Shown here: positions 58,624 through 64,000 of the stretch, piece after piece
Numbering within the stretch: position 1 is the first letter of the stretch
Layout of the letters: every line of letters starts with the position of its first letter
Origin: Minisyncoccota bacterium
GTDB lineage: Bacteria; Patescibacteriota; Minisyncoccia; Phycocordibacterales; UBA9973
DNA length: 64,000 nucleotides
Reading direction: 5' to 3'
Assembly (NCBI GenBank): GCA_041657885.1
Contig: JBBABB010000001.1
Location: 198,926-262,925 of the forward strand
Notes under the pieces: generated by a model
Seen by the model: the letters and a program-made list of their open reading frames with translations, nothing else
The model's database searches: none
Told to the model about the DNA's origin: nothing
Position numbers and translations under genes: made by a program

Positions 58624-59859
58624 TTAATTTTTAGCTGATAATATTTCAACCGCTTTATCCATTTGAGGGTCCTTTTTGGCATCATAATCTTTTTGGGTAA
58701 GCGGAATTTCTATATCTGGCTCAAGCCCATCTTTAGATATCGAAACCCCATTGGGTGTATACCAATTTGCGACAGTGACCTTGAGAGACGTATCATCTGT
58801 AATCTTTACAAGTTCTTGAACCGAGCCTTTACCGAAAGTTTTCTCCCCTACTAGAGTTGCAATGCCATGTTCACGAAGTGCACCAGCCAAAATCTCAGAG
58901 GCAGAAGCTGACCCACCATCTACTAGTACCACAAAGGAAAGTTTATCATTAAATAATCTTGGACCGTGACTTCGATAAATTTTTGGGTTACTTCCATCAC
59001 CATTATCTTCACTAAGAATTACTTTTCCCTCATCTATAAACCATGACCCAATATTTACAGCAGAATCTAAATATCCCCCTGGATTACCACGCAAATCAAG
59101 TATCAATTTATTAGATTTAGAATTTATAAATTTAATAAGCGCATCCCTAAACAAACTAGCTGAATTTTCTGAAAAACTATAAAACTTGATAACAAAAATT
59201 CCATCAGAACGCAATTCTGTGTCTATCGTTGGAATTTGTATTTTTTCTCTTGTGATTACAAAATCACGTGTTTTATTTTCACCAAGGCGAAGAATTGAGA
59301 GAGTAACAGTAGTCCCCACAGGACCACGAATCAACTCTATGGCTCCGTCTATCGTCATATCATTAGTATTGACTTGATTAATTTTTATAATTTTATCCCC
59401 TGCCTTTATGCCAGATTTCCAGGCTGGAGTATCTTTCAAAGGAGCAATGACTGTCAGTATTTCATCTTTTACCCCAATTTCTGCGCCTATCCCCGCAAAA
59501 GATCCCAATATTTCTTCATTAAAAGATTTATTCTCTTTGGGTGGGAAAAATACAGTATAAGGGTCTCCAAGGGATGATGCTAAACCTGATATAGCTCCCC
59601 AGACACGATCTTGATCCTCAACTTTCTTGGCATATATAGATTTTTTATTTAGGGTATTCCACACTTTCCAAAAAGTACTAAAATCAGCAGTAGTTTCTAC
59701 TTGTGGATTTTTATTAATTACGGATGTAACTTTTTCTATTTCTGGTCGATGAGAATATCCTATATAAATACCCAATCCCAACACTCCCAAAACAATAACC
59801 AGAGAGACTATTACATATCCTAACCTTTTTAAATTTTTAAAAATTTTAATTTTATTCAT
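58624..59859 (-). CDS. ctpA: carboxyl-terminal processing protease (S41) with PDZ domain
   Basis: N-terminal TM, PDZ, ILDLRGNPGGYLDSAV catalytic region. Confidence 0.88.
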   Translation of the reverse strand: MNKIKIFKNLKRLGYVIVSLVIVLGVLGLGIYIGYSHRPEIEKVTSVINKNPQVETTADFSTFWKVWNTLNKKSIYAKKVEDQDRVWGAISGLASSLGDPYTVFFPPKENKSFNEEILGSFAGIGAEIGVKDEILTVIAPLKDTPAWKSGIKAGDKIIKINQVNTNDMTIDGAIELIRGPVGTTVTLSILRLGENKTRDFVITREKIQIPTIDTELRSDGIFVIKFYSFSENSASLFRDALIKFINSKSNKLILDLRGNPGGYLDSAVNIGSWFIDEGKVILSEDNGDGSNPKIYRSHGPRLFNDKLSFVVLVDGGSASASEILAGALREHGIATLVGEKTFGKGSVQELVKITDDTSLKVTVANWYTPNGVSISKDGLEPDIEIPLTQKDYDAKKDPQMDKAVEILSAKN

Positions 59860-61088
59860 GATTCTTTTTCTAATGCAGACAGCGTATATTTATTGCTTGG
59901 GTCCCATAGCATCCATGAGTTTAAACCATTATCATATACAGCTTTTATTTCGGCTTTAATCATATCTTCAGTATAAGTAGCCCCTAAGTCAAAATCTTGT
60001 AACCACGGACGAATTTTGGCTATATTTTGACCACTACTTTTTGTCTTAGCCACAGCGCTTATAAGAGCTCTATTTATAACTTCATAAGGGTAAAGTGCCG
60101 GATTCTTGTACCCTGCGTGCCCTGGAGGATAATGAGACGGATACACCATAGGACAAAGAAAATCAAAGTATGGTATGGCCTTCTCCCAAACCTGACCTAT
60201 TCCCATGTCATCCCCTGTTTCAGTCGTTAGGCCAAAAAGATCTCCTGATATTGGTATTTTTTCATCTTTTTTAATTTCTTGTGAAAGATATTTAAAAAAC
60301 TCCTCAATATTGTCAGCTCTAGTTTTACCACTAGCTAAATTATAATTGATGTCTTTCATATTTCCATCCGACGGATATCTTATATAATCAAAATTTATTT
60401 CATCAAACCCCTCTTTATAAGAATTTAAGGCAATAGATAAAATATATTGGTAAACATTTTTATTTGTAGGGTCTAGAAACGACAAACCCTTTTTATCTTT
60501 CCATACCTCCCCGTCACTAATTTTTTTTATTGCCCATTCTGGTTTTAATTTTGTTAAATATGGATCTTGAAATACAGATATTCGGCCAATAATATAAATA
60601 TTTTTAGAATGAAGTAATGATGTAAGTGTTTGAATATTTTTTATACGATTTTCAGAACTGCCAATTTTTTGGATTTCAGGATTATCCATATTAAAACTAA
60701 TGCGTCCAGTAGAATCTTTGATGTCTATTACTACAGCGTTGAGTTCTGTATCATCTACTATCTTTACAAGAGAGTTACGAAAATTTTCTGACCCAGCTAC
60801 CCAACCAGACATATAAAGAGCTCGGACATGCTCTGGTGTTTTTATATGAGTTACAGGAATATTAGAAACAGGAATTTCATCTTTTATAAGATTTTCCTCT
60901 CTTGAAACATCAACATCACTTTTTAATACATTTTTATCATTGTTGATATTATTAGATAAATCTTGGCCTTTTTTATATTCTATATTGTTACTAAAAACCT
61001 TTGGTAGGTTATAATAAACAGCTACCCCACATATTACAAATGCAAGGCTGATAAGAATAAATCTTGCTGTATTTTTTTTAAATGACAT
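59856..61088 (-). CDS. putative glycoside-hydrolase-like protein (DUF4015/COG1306-like)
   Basis: N-terminal TM; TIM-barrel-like conserved blocks ALYMSGW, DIKDSTG and DYIRYP. Confidence 0.5.
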   Translation of the reverse strand: MSFKKNTARFILISLAFVICGVAVYYNLPKVFSNNIEYKKGQDLSNNINNDKNVLKSDVDVSREENLIKDEIPVSNIPVTHIKTPEHVRALYMSGWVAGSENFRNSLVKIVDDTELNAVVIDIKDSTGRISFNMDNPEIQKIGSSENRIKNIQTLTSLLHSKNIYIIGRISVFQDPYLTKLKPEWAIKKISDGEVWKDKKGLSFLDPTNKNVYQYILSIALNSYKEGFDEINFDYIRYPSDGNMKDINYNLASGKTRADNIEEFFKYLSQEIKKDEKIPISGDLFGLTTETGDDMGIGQVWEKAIPYFDFLCPMVYPSHYPPGHAGYKNPALYPYEVINRALISAVAKTKSSGQNIAKIRPWLQDFDLGATYTEDMIKAEIKAVYDNGLNSWMLWDPSNKYTLSALEKES

Positions 61089-61090
61089 AT

Positions 61091-61306
61091 TTATTCCCCA
61101 CTTCCAATATTATCTACAAATGTTTTACTGTGATTTATATCTTTAGACAAACGAGCTTTAACTTCTAGGTAAAATAAATAAGCAAGATACATAATAGCCA
61201 ATCCTGTAATCAAAAATAACACTTTGCGCCAATTATTAGGAAAACCTAAGAATGGTAATACCATTACCCATAAACCTATAATAAATAATGTTTTTTCTTT
61301 TCTCAT
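61091..61306 (-). CDS. hypothetical two-TM membrane protein
   Basis: start codon immediately abuts copy 3 of the inverted-repeat element. Confidence 0.4.
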   Translation of the reverse strand: MRKEKTLFIIGLWVMVLPFLGFPNNWRKVLFLITGLAIMYLAYLFYLEVKARLSKDINHSKTFVDNIGSGE

Positions 61307-61428
61307 CCCGTACGAAGTTGTTCTGATTACAGAACCAACATAAATTAACTATTAATATCGAAATATAACTCTATTTTTTCTGAACAAACTTACTCCCCCA
61401 TATTACATATATGACTTCTTACGGGACA
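61305..61428 (-). repeat. inverted-repeat-bounded element, degenerate copy 3 (inverted orientation)
   Basis: ATCCCGTACGAAG ... CTTCTTACGGGAC; inner hairpin GTTCTG-taatca-CAGAAC keeps the TAATCA loop with compensated stem. Confidence 0.55.
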
Positions 61429-61449
61429 GGTACTCCTATTATACAATAG

Positions 61450-62139
61450 TTATTTGGGCGAAACAATCACCACAAACTCCCCTTTTTGTTTGACTTTATT
61501 ATCATTAAAATATTGCAATAATTCACTTGGTGTGCCACTAACAAATTCTTCAAATTGTTTTGTAATCTCGCGAGCTATCATAACCTCGCACTTTGGTGAA
61601 CAAGTATGGAGAGAGGAAAGTGTTTTCAAAATCCTATGAGTGGATTCATAAAAAACTGATATTTTGTCTGACTCAACAATCTCTTTAAATATCTTCGTTC
61701 TTCCCTTTTTGTGTGGCAGAAATCCAAGGAAAACAAATTCAGCCGAAGAAATACCACTAGCTGAAAGCGCAGATATTATAGCGCTTGGACCAGGGATTGG
61801 AGAAACTTTTGCATTACTTCCAAATTCTTTCCTAATATTAGATACCAAAAGAACTCCGGGGTCAGAAATGCAAGGGGTTCCTGCGTCTGATACTAAGGCT
61901 AAATTCTTACCAGCTTTGATCAAATTTATAATTGCAGATTCTTTATCTTGAGAACTATGAGCATGATAACTTATCGTCTTTGTTTTAATATTATATTTAT
62001 TAAGTAAATTTTGTGTCATTCTGGTATCTTCACATAAAATATAATCCACCTCTTTTAGCACACGAATTGCCCGAAGAGTGATATCTTCAAGATTTCCAAT
62101 CGGCGTCGCGACAATATACAAAGTCCCTATGTCATTCAT
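61450..62139 (-). CDS. rsmI: 16S rRNA (cytidine1402-2'-O)-methyltransferase
   Basis: LYIVATPIGNLEDIT...tetrapyrrole-methylase fold motifs. Confidence 0.88.
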   Translation of the reverse strand: MNDIGTLYIVATPIGNLEDITLRAIRVLKEVDYILCEDTRMTQNLLNKYNIKTKTISYHAHSSQDKESAIINLIKAGKNLALVSDAGTPCISDPGVLLVSNIRKEFGSNAKVSPIPGPSAIISALSASGISSAEFVFLGFLPHKKGRTKIFKEIVESDKISVFYESTHRILKTLSSLHTCSPKCEVMIAREITKQFEEFVSGTPSELLQYFNDNKVKQKGEFVVIVSPK

Positions 62140-62186
62140 GATAATAGGATTATAACATAAAAATAATTTGTGATGTATTGCTATTT

Positions 62187-62849
62187 TTAGGTTAGTCGTT
62201 TTAAAATCTCAAGCCCGATTTTTTTAGGATTTATAAGATCCATATGAGAAAATCCTTTTAATTCCACAATCGTTCCCATATGTTCAGATTTTTCAAGAGC
62301 TGAAGGAATTATTTTATCATCCGTTGAATAATAGCCAGTATATTTAATTATTTTAGGGTCTGGTTGAATTATCGGAACCCATTCTCTGTATGCATCAGAA
62401 AATAAACGGAGAAATTGGTTTTCAATCCAAGAAAAATATTTTCGCTTTTCTCCTCCGACAGGACTACCAAGTGTTATAACTTCATAAACAATATTAGGGT
62501 ATAATTTTCTAATTACATCCACCAACATGCATGAGACTTTTCCTCCCATGCTATGTCCCATAAAGATTATCTTTTCTGGTTTACTTTTATCAAACAAATT
62601 TTTCCTAAGATACTCTACCGTTCTTCTAGTAGTTACAGCAAGAGAAGAGCTATTTAAGCCTAAAGGAATTGCAGTAACGTCGTAATTTTTTTGATTTTTA
62701 CGTAAAAATCTAACCAAGGGGAAAAGGTCCCAAACACTTCCACCCAATCCTGGCACAATTAAAATATGCCGTGAATTTTGCAAATTGAATCCACACTCGC
62801 TACGATTTTTAAATAGTAATTTTTCTACTTTATAAATAAGTCTCTTCAT
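62187..62849 (-). CDS. alpha/beta hydrolase (lipase/esterase-like)
   Basis: GHSMGG nucleophile elbow. Confidence 0.6.
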   Translation of the reverse strand: MKRLIYKVEKLLFKNRSECGFNLQNSRHILIVPGLGGSVWDLFPLVRFLRKNQKNYDVTAIPLGLNSSSLAVTTRRTVEYLRKNLFDKSKPEKIIFMGHSMGGKVSCMLVDVIRKLYPNIVYEVITLGSPVGGEKRKYFSWIENQFLRLFSDAYREWVPIIQPDPKIIKYTGYYSTDDKIIPSALEKSEHMGTIVELKGFSHMDLINPKKIGLEILKRLT

Positions 62850-63022
62850 AGAGCAATTATAACATAAAATTATCTTAAGAATATTAAACTATTAACACTT
62901 CTTAAACCCTTGTAAAAAATGAAATATTCTGTTATTTTTAAGTAGTTAATGATTTTGGACTAAAACAATCTTTATTATTAAAAGATTGTTCGCCCGAATA
63001 TTTTGTATTTAAAATGTTTTAG

Positions 63023-63094
63023 GGCCTTATCGTCTAACGGTTAGGACGTATCCTTCTCAAGGATAAAATCAGAGTCCGATTCTCTGTAAGGTCA
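63023..63094 (+). tRNA. tRNA-Glu (anticodon CTC)
   Basis: acceptor GGCCTTA/TAAGGTC, Glu-type D-arm CGTCTAACGGTTAGGACG, anticodon loop TTCTCAA, T-arm CAGAG-TCCGATT-CTCTG. Confidence 0.85.
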
Positions 63095-63104
63095 CAAAGC
63101 GTAA

Positions 63105-63135
63105 AAAATCCCCACTGCTGGGGATTTTTAGCTTT
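63105..63135 (+). terminator. rho-independent terminator after tRNA-Glu
   Basis: AAAATCCCCA-ctgc-TGGGGATTTT followed by T. Confidence 0.6.
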
Positions 63136-63374
63136 GTGAAAGCGCAGTGATATTTTGTGAACACACAAAATTATGAGCTGAGGTCGCGAGTACTTACGTA
63201 AAATTTGAGTTTACAAAAAATTTTACTTAGTAACTCGTGATCACAACTATATATAAATGCGAAGCATACAATTTATAGTTTGTAGATAGGGGCTTAGCCC
63301 CTATCTACAGTCAACTAAACAAAAAGTCTCAACCTTATTGGGCTGAGACTAGTGTTATTTTATCTGACAGAGGA

Positions 63375-63803
63375 TTATTCCCCGTCGTACTCGTTAGTGA
63401 ACCGCCAAAAGAGAAATCTAAATTTTTTTGATGACTCATCCTGTCGCATTACGCAAAGAATTGGAGCATCATCTACAAAATAAACTCTCTCACCTTGACG
63501 TATATCTTTTTCATTACCACTTGTGGTGGTAAGAACAATAAGGGAAATGGAAGAATCGATTTTTCTGATGAAGTCTTCATCAGTAGTATCAATCCCCTGG
63601 ATATCAAGGAGACTTGCAACCCCCTCGATTGGTTTACTCATGCCCTTAATACGAACCAGAGTTTTCAGGGCTCCTCTGGAATCAGAAGTCCCGTAAATTA
63701 CCCTGAAGGCAACACAAATATTACCTTCAGATAATTTTTTTATCTTATCAACAATTGTATCTATCGTCAATGAAGATAACTGAATTGATTCTCTAATTTC
63801 CAT
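63375..63803 (-). CDS. hypothetical protein
   Basis: ORF with two hairpin/T-run terminators downstream (63288-63355, minus sense). Confidence 0.35.
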   Translation of the reverse strand: MEIRESIQLSSLTIDTIVDKIKKLSEGNICVAFRVIYGTSDSRGALKTLVRIKGMSKPIEGVASLLDIQGIDTTDEDFIRKIDSSISLIVLTTTSGNEKDIRQGERVYFVDDAPILCVMRQDESSKKFRFLFWRFTNEYDGE

Positions 63804-64000
63804 AAGATTATGTGTTTAAAAGTTTATTTCATAATAACATACATATATATTAATGTAAATGGCTTTGTTTTTTTAGTTTTTAAAATTTAAAAAAACCCGA
63901 ATGCGCATAAGCAACACCCGGGTTTTAAATTGGAAAACCGTAAACATAGTAAAAAAATGGAACATGTACGACCAAGCGAACGGCCGAGGAGCAAAGAGCA

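Noticed and set aside
63880-64000. Possible 5' end of a structural RNA (rRNA, tmRNA or RNase P) at the window edge
   Set aside because: There is no match to conserved 5' or 3' ends of 16S, 23S, 5S, tmRNA, RNase P or SRP RNA that can be recognised by eye, and the window ends before any structure can be assessed.

Overview
AT-rich, gene-dense bacterial chromosome fragment, about 70 genes, mostly housekeeping. The content and style suggest a reduced-genome Patescibacteria/CPR-like organism: few Shine-Dalgarno sequences, a split transketolase, an aspartyl-tRNA synthetase without the GAD insertion next to gatB, a minimal pyruvate kinase, and paired coiled-coil peptidoglycan hydrolases. That placement is inference only.

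Recognisable genes: sensor histidine kinase, cysS, rplU, recR, dnaB, trpS, aspS, scpA/scpB, the mraY-ftsW-murG cell-wall block, gltX, gatB, gap, dapF, rpiB, rpe, split tkt, fba, rplY, rpmE, prfA, a complete F1Fo ATP synthase operon (atpZ-like, atpBEFHAGDC), an AlkD-like repair protein, a PIF1-like helicase, eno, a short pyk, a 2-hydroxyacid dehydrogenase, rarA, rpmA, rplI, ctpA and rsmI. There are three tRNAs: Leu-TAA, Ile-GAT and Glu-CTC.

No rRNA, CRISPR array or integrase was seen, and there is no evidence of a recoded stop codon.

The window is unusually rich in structured non-coding DNA:
- A 119-nt element bounded by terminal inverted repeats occurs in three copies, each fused to the ATG of the downstream gene.
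- A REP-associated tyrosine transposase (RAYT) is flanked by its own REP palindromes and also carries one inside its coding sequence.
- A family of G+C-rich CCCCTCC/GGAGGGG hairpin arrays sits between atpG, atpD and atpC and after rpmE.
- A small gene cassette (membrane protein plus a frameshifted Bro-N/DinD-like gene) is inserted into the atp operon, with atpG's first codons duplicated at its start.
- A roughly 170-nt candidate structured RNA lies upstream of eno.
- A second inverted-repeat-bounded hairpin element follows the helicase.
- A conserved 25-nt promoter-like motif is reused at least three times.
- Two paralogous Cys-repeat surface proteins share a conserved 'TGP + transmembrane + KKNKK' C-terminal module.
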